Shown here piece by piece: positions 1 to 7,453 of a DNA stretch of 41,771 bases. The DNA is from a virus (lineage: Duplodnaviria > Caudoviricetes), in IMG/VR virus record IMGVR_UViG_3300022936_000016, positions 1 to 41,771 of that record. One strand, 5' to 3'. Numbering within the stretch: position 1 is the stretch's first letter; each line of letters begins with the position of its first letter. The position numbers and the translations under genes were made by a program. Below the pieces are notes generated by a model. It saw nothing but the letters and a program-made list of their open reading frames with translations. It made no database searches and had not been told where the DNA came from.

Positions 1-392
1 CCCGGTTCGACAAGCTTGGCGGCTTTTGGGCTCGGTGGGCGCGCAACCCGGCGCAACGTTGCCTGATCCCGACGGCGCGGTTCGCCGAAGCGGTCGGCAT
101 CCCCGGATCCATGACCACCACCTGGCTATCGGTGAAAGATCAGCCTGTGTTTGCGTGGGCAGGCCTATGGACGGCGTCGCCGGAATGGGGCGACGTGTTC
201 ACCGCCGTGATGACGGACAATGCGCCCGAGTTGGCGTCGATCCACGATCGATCGCCGGTGATCCTCGAGCCAGCGGACTGGAGCACATGGCTGTCGGCGC
301 CGATCGAGGACCTCAAACAATTCGACCGGCCCTATCCTGCCGATCGGATCGCGATCGATGCCACCAACGAACTGTGGGCGGCCAAGCGATAG
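1..392 (+). CDS. SRAP/YedK family abasic-site protein, C-terminal part (continues from 41594..41771)
   Basis: Frame open from nt 3: RFDKLGGFW..RCLIPTARFAE..VFAWAGLW..IHDRSPVIL, matching SRAP motifs RCLIP..FYEW and HDRMPVIL. Confidence 0.9.
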   Translation, partial: RFDKLGGFWARWARNPAQRCLIPTARFAEAVGIPGSMTTTWLSVKDQPVFAWAGLWTASPEWGDVFTAVMTDNAPELASIHDRSPVILEPADWSTWLSAPIEDLKQFDRPYPADRIAIDATNELWAAKR

Positions 393-450
393 GCGGTGCG
401 GTGACGCAGGGCGCTGGCGATCATCGAATTAGCCGTTATGCTGTCGGGCG

Positions 451-615
451 ATGGACCGTGACGAACTGATCAGGCGCCTGCGCGCTGCCACCGAATACGA
501 TGTCGATCGCGCGCGCGCTGACACGTATGCCGATCTGGTCGGCACTGCGTCAGTCGACCTCCTCGAGTACTTCAACCGCATGGTGGACGTGTTGATCGGC
601 GAGGATCAAGGCTAA
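451..615 (+). CDS. Small hypothetical protein (54 aa, MDRDELIRRLRAATEYD...)
   Basis: Hand-translated ATG451-TAA615; fills the gap between SRAP and attP; below the ORF track cutoff. Confidence 0.5.
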   Translation: MDRDELIRRLRAATEYDVDRARADTYADLVGTASVDLLEYFNRMVDVLIGEDQG

Positions 616-663
616 CCAAGCGGCGCAGCAACTCGCTCATGGCGGGCCTGATTATCCTGCAAA

Positions 664-859
664 AGGTTGGACAACACCCGCGCGGGACTCGGCAGGCGTG
701 CGTGGGTCAAGCGGGCAGGTTGGACGCGCGTAACATGTTGTTATATATGAATTGCCGCTCGCCTACTCGGGGAGCCACTACTTCCAAATAAGCGCGTCTT
801 TTCAATCACCTAAGGGTAGGTTGGACACGCCATTTTCCACCGGAATATCAAGGTTGGAC
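664..859 (+). repeat. Integrase arm-type sites, AGGTTGGAC x4
   Basis: Direct copies at 664, 717, 818 and 851, two on each side of the core; IHF-like TAACAACATGTTA on the minus strand at 731-743. Confidence 0.8.
762..777 (+). other. attP core, matching the 3' end of a tRNA-Asn-like gene (CCTACTCGGGGAGCCA)
   Basis: T-stem 3' strand + acceptor 3' strand + G discriminator + CCA, as in tRNA-Asn; 25 bp from the integrase stop; no 5' tRNA portion upstream. Confidence 0.8.
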
Positions 860-1887
860 AACGCGCGGTCGGCCAGGGCCGATCGGTTGGCCGCTGCGCG
901 ATAGTATTGGAACGTCTCGGCCTTCTTGTGGCCGGTCACCGCCTGGCCCTCCGCATCGCTAGCACCCGATTCGGCGAGCAGCCTCGACATCGCCTTGCGC
1001 AAGCCGTGGATCGAGCAGTGCGGCAGGCCCGCCTCGTCGCACCAGTCGCGGAAGCGGTTGCCGAATCCGGCAGGGGTGAAGGGCTTGCCGAAACTGGTCA
1101 CCACCAGGTGGCGGATCGGCGCCGCGGGCAGCGCTTCAATCGCGGCGCGGGTGGTGGAGAGCATGGGCACGCTGGCCACGTTGCCGTCCTTGCTGTGCGC
1201 GGTGATGATCCGGCCTTCCACGATATCCTCGCGCGCCAGGGCGGCGACATTGCCGCGCCTGCCGGCGGTGTTGAGCGCCAGCTCGAGCGCGAGGCGCGCC
1301 ATCGTACCGAGCGGATGCTTCGCCCGGTACTTCGCGATCTCGGCATCGGTCCACGAATGATAGCCCACGCCTTTGGGATAGGGCTTGGTCTTGCGCACCG
1401 GGTTCTTCTCGATCCACTCGAGGTCGACCGCGTATTCGAGCAGCACCGCCAGCTTTTTGCGCAGATCGTTGGCGGCGCCCGGCGTCTCGTGCATGTCGCC
1501 CAGGATAAGTTGCAACCAGGCGAAGGTGACGTCCTTCACCGGGCGGTCGCCGTAGCGATTCCCCTTGGCCGACACCCGGTCCATGAACCGCTGGTACACC
1601 AGCGCCTGGCCGTGGCGCGTCGCGGGGGATTTCTGCCGCCACTCTGGTGCCTGCTGCATGCGGCAGAGAAGATCCTCGAGCGAGCGCGCGGCGACAGGGC
1701 GGGGTGACTGCACCTCCGGCTGCTGCGGCGCCTGGGCGAGGATTTCGGCGTAGCGGGCGTGGAACGCGGGCTGGCCCGGCTCGCCCGGCAGATAGGCGCT
1801 GGGCCAGCCCCGGCGGCGGAAGCGGTAGCGGATCTTGCCGTGGCGATCGGGCGCGGCGGTGACGTGCGGGGGCAGATTAGACATCAT
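802..1887 (-). CDS. int: Tyrosine recombinase / phage integrase
   Basis: Catalytic motifs TAGRRG (R), HGLRK (HxxR), VTGHK (H), QYYR (Y); N-terminal arm-binding region DRHGKIRYRFRR. Confidence 0.95.
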   Translation of the reverse strand: MMSNLPPHVTAAPDRHGKIRYRFRRRGWPSAYLPGEPGQPAFHARYAEILAQAPQQPEVQSPRPVAARSLEDLLCRMQQAPEWRQKSPATRHGQALVYQRFMDRVSAKGNRYGDRPVKDVTFAWLQLILGDMHETPGAANDLRKKLAVLLEYAVDLEWIEKNPVRKTKPYPKGVGYHSWTDAEIAKYRAKHPLGTMARLALELALNTAGRRGNVAALAREDIVEGRIITAHSKDGNVASVPMLSTTRAAIEALPAAPIRHLVVTSFGKPFTPAGFGNRFRDWCDEAGLPHCSIHGLRKAMSRLLAESGASDAEGQAVTGHKKAETFQYYRAAANRSALADRALSNLDIPVENGVSNLPLGD

Positions 1888-2053
1888 CGTCGCTCCACTT
1901 TTCCGCCGGTTCGGGGGCGGGCGGTTGGCCGAGGATGATTTCTATTCGCTGGCTTGGCAAATCGATAATGATGCGCGCGTCGGGCGCGACGGTGCGGGCG
2001 GCCTTGATCGCCCGTTCCATGTCGGCCTGGGTGATGCGCGCGGCGTGGGTCAT
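1877..2053 (-). CDS. Small integrase-coupled protein, probable excisionase/RDF (58 aa)
   Basis: Hand translation MTHAARITQADMERAIKAARTVAPDARIIIDL...; overlaps the int start; this type of ORF is typical upstream of alphaproteobacterial integrases. Confidence 0.6.
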   Translation of the reverse strand: MTHAARITQADMERAIKAARTVAPDARIIIDLPSQRIEIILGQPPAPEPAEKWSDDDV

Positions 2054-2160
2054 GCGGGGCGCCCTGGCGCGAGGCGACGGGCGCGGATGGCGGGCGCGAG
2101 CTGCATGTAGCGCGCGATCGCGTGGGCCATGGCGGGGCTGAGCGCGGTTGACTGGCTCAT
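2050..2160 (-). CDS. Small hypothetical protein (36 aa)
   Basis: ATGA start/stop overlaps on both sides (MSQSTALSPAMAHAIARY...). Confidence 0.45.
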   Translation of the reverse strand: MSQSTALSPAMAHAIARYMQLAPAIRARRLAPGRPA

Positions 2161-2696
2161 GTTATGCCGAACCTCCAAGGTTCGAGGCCGGCGGCGCGGA
2201 GCTTTTTCTCGGCGTCCTTCACTTGCGCTTCGGCGCGGCGGCAGCGCTGCTCGATCATGGATAGGTCGCGGCTGACGGTTCCGCTCTGGCGGATCAGCGA
2301 GACGACGAATTCCCAGCTGGGGCTATCCTTGTCCCGCGTCGGTGCGGGCAGTTTTTGCCGCAACTGCTCTCCATCGAATTCGATTAACCCGGCCCAGTCC
2401 GGTATTTCATCGACCGATATCAGTCCCACGGGCGTGACATAATAGAACTTGTCTGAGAATAGACGCGCCTCGCGTTGTTTGATCTTGCTGTCCCGCCTGA
2501 AATCGGCCCGCGAAATCTTGATCTCATAAGCCTGCGCCACGTATGCCTTCGATGGCCACACCGACAAGCGCCAAAAATCACACCGGCGGGAACCGCCATT
2601 GAATGCCAGTTCGGAGGCATAGATATCGTCGGCCGCCTGTCTGGCCAGGGCCTGCAGGATGTCATCGGCCGATATTGCTGGAATGAGCGGATTCAT
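2157..2696 (-). CDS. MmcB-family PD-(D/E)xK nuclease-like protein
   Basis: RRCDFW..YEIKISRADFRRD..FSDKFYYVTP..EIPDWAGLI; start re-picked at the ATGA overlap. Confidence 0.8.
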   Translation of the reverse strand: MNPLIPAISADDILQALARQAADDIYASELAFNGGSRRCDFWRLSVWPSKAYVAQAYEIKISRADFRRDSKIKQREARLFSDKFYYVTPVGLISVDEIPDWAGLIEFDGEQLRQKLPAPTRDKDSPSWEFVVSLIRQSGTVSRDLSMIEQRCRRAEAQVKDAEKKLRAAGLEPWRFGIT

Positions 2697-3445
2697 GACG
2701 CCCCCAGCGCCGCGCTGTCTGCGGCGAACATGTCTGTCTGGCGTTGGGCGTCCTCGATCCGCTTGCAGGCGATGTCGAAATAGCGGGGCTCGCGCTCGAC
2801 GCCGATGAAGTTGCGACTCATCCGCACGGCGGCCACGCCGGTGGTGCCGCTGCCCATGAACGGGTCGAGGATGGTCTGGCCTTCGTTGGTGAAGTCCTTC
2901 AGGATTTCCGCCATCAGCCGGCGCGGCTTCTCCGTCGGGTGGGCGCCGTGCCGCTCGGGCCCGTTGACGCAGTGGGTGTAGACTCCGCGCTTGCCGCCGG
3001 CGTTCCAGCGCGAATGGCCCGTGCCTGCCCAGGCGCAGACGAACATTTCCACGCCCGCGGCGGGGCATTGGCCGTTGAATTGCGGGGTGCTGTCGGGCTT
3101 AACCCAAGCGCATGCCCGCTTGTACTTCATCGGGGAAAGGTTGATCGCATCGGCCCAGCGGGCGACGCCTTCGGCAGTGCAGAACGCGATAAACCACCCG
3201 GCGCTGGTTTGGGCGCCAAGTTCTACGATGCGATCGCGGATCGGGTCGATGCAATCAAAGTCGATAGCCATCAAATTTGGGCCGCCATCCTTGCGCAGAT
3301 CGGCTTCGTGGCTCTTGGCCGCGTGCAATCGTGCCTCGTACGGCGGGTCTGAGATGATATGGTCGACGGTGCCCAGCGCCGGCACGATCTCGAGCGAGTC
3401 GCCGCAATAGAGGGTGGCGCGGCCGATGATGACGGGCTCGATCAT
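2693..3445 (-). CDS. Orphan beta-class N6A/N4C DNA methyltransferase
   Basis: LYCGDS, DPPY (motif IV) ahead of HPTEKP and LDPFMGSGTTG (motif I); the 606-aa track ORF is over-extended. Confidence 0.92.
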   Translation of the reverse strand: MIEPVIIGRATLYCGDSLEIVPALGTVDHIISDPPYEARLHAAKSHEADLRKDGGPNLMAIDFDCIDPIRDRIVELGAQTSAGWFIAFCTAEGVARWADAINLSPMKYKRACAWVKPDSTPQFNGQCPAAGVEMFVCAWAGTGHSRWNAGGKRGVYTHCVNGPERHGAHPTEKPRRLMAEILKDFTNEGQTILDPFMGSGTTGVAAVRMSRNFIGVEREPRYFDIACKRIEDAQRQTDMFAADSAALGAS

Positions 3446-3987
3446 GGCGCCTTCAATTTGCAGAACGGGGACGTGCAGGCGGCTGCGGCTGCTGCGGATT
3501 GGCGGCGTTCGCATTGGGCGCACCAGTGGCGGATGGTCGGATCCGGCGCGGGCGGCGGCTTGGGCATGCGGCGCAGGAGGTAGCGCTTGCTGGGGCGCGG
3601 TTCGGGTTTGGGCTTGCGCTGGCCGCCCGGCTTGCGGCGGGGCAGTTGCAGAAGTTCGACGCGAGAGATCACCGCGTCGTAGCTGAACCCGCCCAGCGCC
3701 TCGCCTATCGCGGCGACGGGCTCGCCCGCCGTCCACATGCGGGTGAGCGTGGCGATGTGTTCGGGCGTCCAGCGCGGGATCGGGCGCGGCTTGTGCCCGA
3801 GGCCGATGATGCGGGCCCTGGAAATGACCTGGCTCTTGTTCACCCCGCCCAGCTCGTCGGCGATCTGCGCGCAGGTGAGCAGGGTGGGCCACAAGCGGCG
3901 CAGCTCGCCGGTGCGCTCGGGCGTCCATGGGGAGCTGCGCGACGGCCCGCGATGGCGGTGGCTCGGTTGGGGGTGGGCGTCGATCAT
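3442..3987 (-). CDS. GcrA-like protein with two tandem GcrA N-terminal domains and a C-terminal Cys4 motif
   Basis: WTPERTGELRRLW..CAQIADELGGVNKSQVISRARIIGL and WTPEHIATLTRMW..IGEALGGFSYDAVISRVELLQL, both resembling GcrA WTDERV..LW..IA..LGGVTRNAVIGK..RLGL; tail WCAQC..CTSPFC. Confidence 0.8.
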   Translation of the reverse strand: MIDAHPQPSHRHRGPSRSSPWTPERTGELRRLWPTLLTCAQIADELGGVNKSQVISRARIIGLGHKPRPIPRWTPEHIATLTRMWTAGEPVAAIGEALGGFSYDAVISRVELLQLPRRKPGGQRKPKPEPRPSKRYLLRRMPKPPPAPDPTIRHWCAQCERRQSAAAAAACTSPFCKLKAP

Positions 3988-4418
3988 GCGGCCTTGCTCT
4001 GCGCGGGTGCCAGGGTGGCGGCGGCTTCGGGCCAGGCGTGGAAATGGGTGGCGAGGGCGCCGAGGCGGCGCATGGCGTGTTCGCGGTCTGCGCCGGGCTT
4101 CGCCTCGAGCCGGGCGAGCGCGGCGGCGGTGGCGGCGGCCAGCGCGGCGCGGGCGTGGGGCAGGGGGCAGATGCCGTCGGCGGTGAGGGCGCGGGCCTGG
4201 CTTTCGGAGAAGCCGAAGTCGGTGTCGGCGCGGAGGAAGGCGATCGCCTCCGCGAATTCGGGCAGGGCGGCCCCGGCGCGGCAGGCGAGCGCGAGCCACG
4301 GCAGCACCAGCGCGTTGGCATCGTGGGCGGGGATGGCGCGCTGGGCGACCTTGCGCCGGGCGCGGTCGCGGCGGAGGTGGTATTCCTCGGCGGCGAGGTG
4401 GGGGATGGTGTCAGGCAT
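3984..4418 (-). CDS. Hypothetical phage protein (144 aa)
   Basis: MPDTIPHLAAEEY...; overlaps both neighbours. Confidence 0.65.
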   Translation of the reverse strand: MPDTIPHLAAEEYHLRRDRARRKVAQRAIPAHDANALVLPWLALACRAGAALPEFAEAIAFLRADTDFGFSESQARALTADGICPLPHARAALAAATAAALARLEAKPGADREHAMRRLGALATHFHAWPEAAATLAPAQSKAA

Positions 4419-4674
4419 CGGGGAGTCTTCCGATGGCCCTCGCGAGGTGGCCGGAATAAACGGCGACGCATTTCCAGTATAACGCCATTGGCGCTTTGTG
4501 AGTCCGCCAACATTTCTCAGCGCGGATCCGTGCGTCGGATGATATCGACAAGCACAATTTTCGAACTGCTCGCTGCGCTTCAACGTCCAAATCCACCACT
4601 GCTTTGAAGCCGGGCAAGGCGATTATTGGGTTTCGAATTTCTTGACGCGAAGAACGGGCGACATCGTCAACCAT
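4411..4674 (-). CDS. Conserved phage hypothetical protein
   Basis: RNPIIALP...CWRTHKAPMALYWK motif that I recognise from temperate phage early regions. Confidence 0.7.
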   Translation of the reverse strand: MVDDVARSSRQEIRNPIIALPGFKAVVDLDVEAQRAVRKLCLSISSDARIRAEKCWRTHKAPMALYWKCVAVYSGHLARAIGRLPDA

Positions 4675-4822
4675 GAAAACCTCCGGCAAGGGCCACCACG
4701 GCGGCGGCGAGGGCGAGCAGGGTGGTGGCGGCGATCAGCGGCCAACCGGGGGCGCGCAGGCGGGGCGCGCGCGGGAGATCGTGCCAGCGCGAGCGCTGCA
4801 CGTGTGGGTCGCGGCCGATCAC
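4667..4822 (-). CDS. Small membrane protein (51 aa)
   Basis: GTGA overlap start; hydrophobic C-terminus WPLIAATTLLALAAAVVALAGG. Confidence 0.5.
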   Translation of the reverse strand: MIGRDPHVQRSRWHDLPRAPRLRAPGWPLIAATTLLALAAAVVALAGGFHG

Positions 4823-4956
4823 GATCCGCTCCCGATGCCGATCAGGATCAGCGCCAGCGCGGCGACGCAGGGGACGATCACGCATTCGCGCAGCAGCGCG
4901 AGCAGGCCGAGTTCGTGGCGCGCCTGGGCCAGCAGGGCGGTGAGCGGGCCGTTCAT
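4819..4956 (-). CDS. Small membrane protein (45 aa)
   Basis: ATGA overlap start; CVIVPCVAALALILIGIG. Confidence 0.5.
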   Translation of the reverse strand: MNGPLTALLAQARHELGLLALLRECVIVPCVAALALILIGIGSGS

Positions 4957-5297
4957 GCCGCGAGCGCCTTGGCGCGGGCGCGGCGGGCGGTGCCGTCTTC
5001 GCGTTCGGCGGCGGTGCGCTCGGCGGCGGTGCACCAGTTGCGCAGGGCCTCGCTGCGGCGGGCAGCGCTGGTGGTGGCGGTGACGCCGGCCATCACGAGG
5101 AAGGTGACGCCGCTGACCACGTAGATTTTCGCGCCGTGTTCGCGTTGCAGCCAATCGATCGCGTGTTCGACCGCGCTGCTGTGGTGGATCAGCCAGTTGG
5201 CCGTGCCGGAGACGTTGTCAGCCGCCTTGCGTGCGCCGGCGAGCAGATCGCTGACCGTCCGCGCGAGGGCGCGCAGATCGGCGGGATCGCCGGTCAT
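4953..5297 (-). CDS. Hypothetical protein (114 aa)
   Basis: Coupled by ATGA overlaps within the leftward operon. Confidence 0.6.
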   Translation of the reverse strand: MTGDPADLRALARTVSDLLAGARKAADNVSGTANWLIHHSSAVEHAIDWLQREHGAKIYVVSGVTFLVMAGVTATTSAARRSEALRNWCTAAERTAAEREDGTARRARAKALAA

Positions 5298-5626
5298 GCC
5301 AATGCCCTCCGCTGGGTGGCGCGAGGCTTACGGGCGCGCGGCTTGCCGGCGCGAGTGCTGCCGCGTTCGTGGGCGGGCGGGCGACCGCAGAACATCGCCT
5401 GTTCGGGGGTTTCGAACAGCTCTGCCTCGGGCACGGTGGTGTTGGCGCTGGCGCCGGGGATCGGGGTCCAGGTGAAGGTGCGCGGGTGGCGTTCGTAGCG
5501 GGTGACCAGGCAGGCGGGGCCGTCGGGCCCGGCCAGATCGCGGCGCAGTATGCGCACGCGGGCAGCAGTGCCGCGCCGGTAGGCGAAGCTGCCGACATGC
5601 GGGTAGGGTGTTTCTTGGGCGAGCAT
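5294..5626 (-). CDS. Hypothetical protein, first gene of the leftward early operon
   Basis: GGAGG RBS before MLAQETPYPH; directly downstream of PL. Confidence 0.65.
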   Translation of the reverse strand: MLAQETPYPHVGSFAYRRGTAARVRILRRDLAGPDGPACLVTRYERHPRTFTWTPIPGASANTTVPEAELFETPEQAMFCGRPPAHERGSTRAGKPRARKPRATQRRALA

Positions 5627-5648
5627 TCGACGGCCTCCGATTGGAGCC

Positions 5649-5695
5649 GCCTTATAGGTGGAGTCCTCCACCCATTGTCAAGCGGGAAACTCCAC
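5649..5695 (-). promoter_or_regulatory. PL promoter with operators OL1 (5658-5671) and OL2 (5682-5695)
   Basis: Minus-strand TTGACA (5676-5681) and TATAAG (5651-5656); palindrome GTGGAG-TC-CTCCAC; degenerate copy 24 bp away. Confidence 0.8.
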
Positions 5696-5751
5696 CGCTT
5701 GTGCAAACGGATATGAACGCGCATCGTGGCGCGGGCAAAAGGGGATCGGCG

Positions 5752-6246
5752 ATGGCTGCGGATGGGGTGGTTCCGGCCAAGCGGAAAGGTTGCGGTTTCT
5801 GGCTGCTGGTCGGGTTCGGCGTGTTCGTGCTGTTCGGGGTGATCGGCACGATCACCGACCCAGACGGGGGCGAGAGTCGGCGCGATGCGGCAGACAGTGG
5901 GACGGAAGGAGTGGCGGTCGTTGCGCCCACCGAGGTTTCAGCGATGGAGTTGTTCCGGGCGTTCCAAGCCAATGAACTGGCCGCAGTGGCCGTTTACGGT
6001 GACCGCCCGCTGCTGGTCAGCGGTACGGTGACCAGCGTGGATCTGGATTTCATGGACGAACCGGTGGTGATGCTGGCGACCGACAACGAATTCATGAGCG
6101 CGCAGCTCGATTTCGACGACCAGGATTCGACCGAGATCAGCTACCTGCGCGTGGGCCAAACGGTGACGGCACTGTGCCTTGAACTGAGCGAGGTGATCGG
6201 CACCCCGATGCTCGACGATTGCACGTTGCAGCCGAGCGCTGACTGA
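5752..6246 (+). CDS. Membrane-anchored OB-fold protein (tRNA_anti-like lipoprotein family)
   Basis: N-terminal TM segment FWLLVGFGVFVLFGVIG; VSAMELFRAFQANELAA..YGDRPLLVSGTV..GQTVTALC..LDDC. Confidence 0.75.
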   Translation: MAADGVVPAKRKGCGFWLLVGFGVFVLFGVIGTITDPDGGESRRDAADSGTEGVAVVAPTEVSAMELFRAFQANELAAVAVYGDRPLLVSGTVTSVDLDFMDEPVVMLATDNEFMSAQLDFDDQDSTEISYLRVGQTVTALCLELSEVIGTPMLDDCTLQPSAD

Positions 6247-6266
6247 GGCGTCAGCGCGGTGCCGTT

Positions 6267-7004
6267 CTAGAACAGCAGCTCCGTCTGGGGCAGAATTCGG
6301 TGCAGGCGCTTCACCAGGCGCGCGGGCAGGGTGAAGGTGAGCGGCGGGTTGAACTGTTCGAGCCGCACCTCGCGCGCGTTGCGCCCGGTGAGGCGCTTGA
6401 CCAGCACGCTTTCGACATCGTCATGATCCTCGCCGCGCAGTTGCACCACCACGTAGTCGCCGATCATGGGCGGGCGGTGGGGATCGACGATGCCGACCTC
6501 GCCCGGTTCGAAGCGGGGCAGCATGCTCTCCCCATGGTAATAGATCGCGTACAACCCGGCCTGGCCGACCAGCGCGGGCGGGCGGGTGAGATAGCGAACA
6601 TGGTATTCGGGATCGAAGCTGGCGCGATCGACCCGCACCATCCCCCCATCGTCGGCGGTCAGTTCGAGATCGGCGCAATCGCCGGTGCCGACCAGCGGGA
6701 TGCCGGGGTTTTCCATCCGCGCAGCGCCGCGCCATTCGAGGTGGCGATCGCCGACACTTACTTCGCTTAGCACGCCTTCGCGCCGATCGCTGCGACCCAT
6801 GAGCCAATCGACGCTGACCGAGAGTTCTTCCGCCATCCGGTGAATGCGCGGTTCGCCCGGGAGGTGCCCCTTGCGCGCCAGGTCGGTGAGCACGCCGGAC
6901 CGTTGGCCGTCGGTCACCTGCATGCTCAACCAGTAACGGGTCTTGCCCATTTCGGCGAGGCGCAGATCGACGCGCTCGAGCAGGATTTCAGCGGGTGTGG
7001 GCAT
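6267..7004 (-). CDS. cI: CI-like repressor (HTH + S24 peptidase domain)
   Basis: HTH end MAEELSVSVDWLMG; S24 motifs GESMLPRFEPG (Ser) and LVKRL (Lys); divergent from the cro-like gene. Confidence 0.9.
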   Translation of the reverse strand: MPTPAEILLERVDLRLAEMGKTRYWLSMQVTDGQRSGVLTDLARKGHLPGEPRIHRMAEELSVSVDWLMGRSDRREGVLSEVSVGDRHLEWRGAARMENPGIPLVGTGDCADLELTADDGGMVRVDRASFDPEYHVRYLTRPPALVGQAGLYAIYYHGESMLPRFEPGEVGIVDPHRPPMIGDYVVVQLRGEDHDDVESVLVKRLTGRNAREVRLEQFNPPLTFTLPARLVKRLHRILPQTELLF

Positions 7005-7005
7005 G

Positions 7006-7087
7006 GTGGAATTATCCACCGCCCGCCTATTATTGCCAGTCTTGAAATATCCACTTGACGGACAGTGGAGGACTCCACCTATAAGGC
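7006..7087. promoter_or_regulatory. OR region: PR/PRM with operators at 7065-7078, 7041-7054 and 7006-7019
   Basis: Consensus GTGGA-N4-TCCAC; PR TTGACG (7055) and TATAAG (7080); 7065-7087 is an exact inverted copy of 5649-5671. Confidence 0.85.
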
Positions 7088-7111
7088 CACCTGAATTGTG
7101 TGGAGCTTCGG

Positions 7112-7453
7112 GTGCCTGATCTGAAATCAACATTGCTCGAATGTGCCCGCGAATGGTCGCGACGGCACGGTGACGACACCGGCCCGGCACCGCTTTCGCG
7201 CCTCGGCAAGCGGGTCGCCGGGGATGCCAATTTCTTCGAACGGATCGCCACGCCGGGCGCGGGCATGAACATCGCCACGCTGGAAAAGTTCGTGGCGCAC
7301 CTGCTCGACCCGGCCAGCTGGCAGGATCGGGAAGTGCCGCAGGGGGTGCGTGATCTGGCTCATCGCTGCGGAGTTAGCTTGTGCGCCGCAGCATTGGCAA
7401 CCGGACCGTCGGGCGAAAAGTCCGGCGGGGTCGAGCAGGGGGAGGCGGCGTGA
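7112..7453 (+). CDS. Cro-like regulator
   Basis: LSRLGKRVAGDANFFERI..GMNIATLEK, a pattern of alphaproteobacterial Cro-like HTH proteins; first gene after PR; GGAG RBS before GTG. Confidence 0.75.
   Translation: MPDLKSTLLECAREWSRRHGDDTGPAPLSRLGKRVAGDANFFERIATPGAGMNIATLEKFVAHLLDPASWQDREVPQGVRDLAHRCGVSLCAAALATGPSGEKSGGVEQGEAA

Noticed and set aside
700-777. Complete tRNA gene
   Set aside because: Only the last 16 nt are tRNA-like; no GTTCGA T-loop or 5' half upstream
2693-4513. 606-aa MTase fusion in the ORF track
   Set aside because: The upstream part is low-complexity off-frame sequence overlapping two better genes; the real start is the ATGA overlap at 3445
5649-7087. 23-bp inverted repeats as an invertible phase-variation segment
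   Set aside because: Fully explained as duplicated promoter/operator; no invertase gene seen
5600-7110. CtrA boxes (TTAA-N7-TTAA) in the switch region
   Set aside because: None visible by eye
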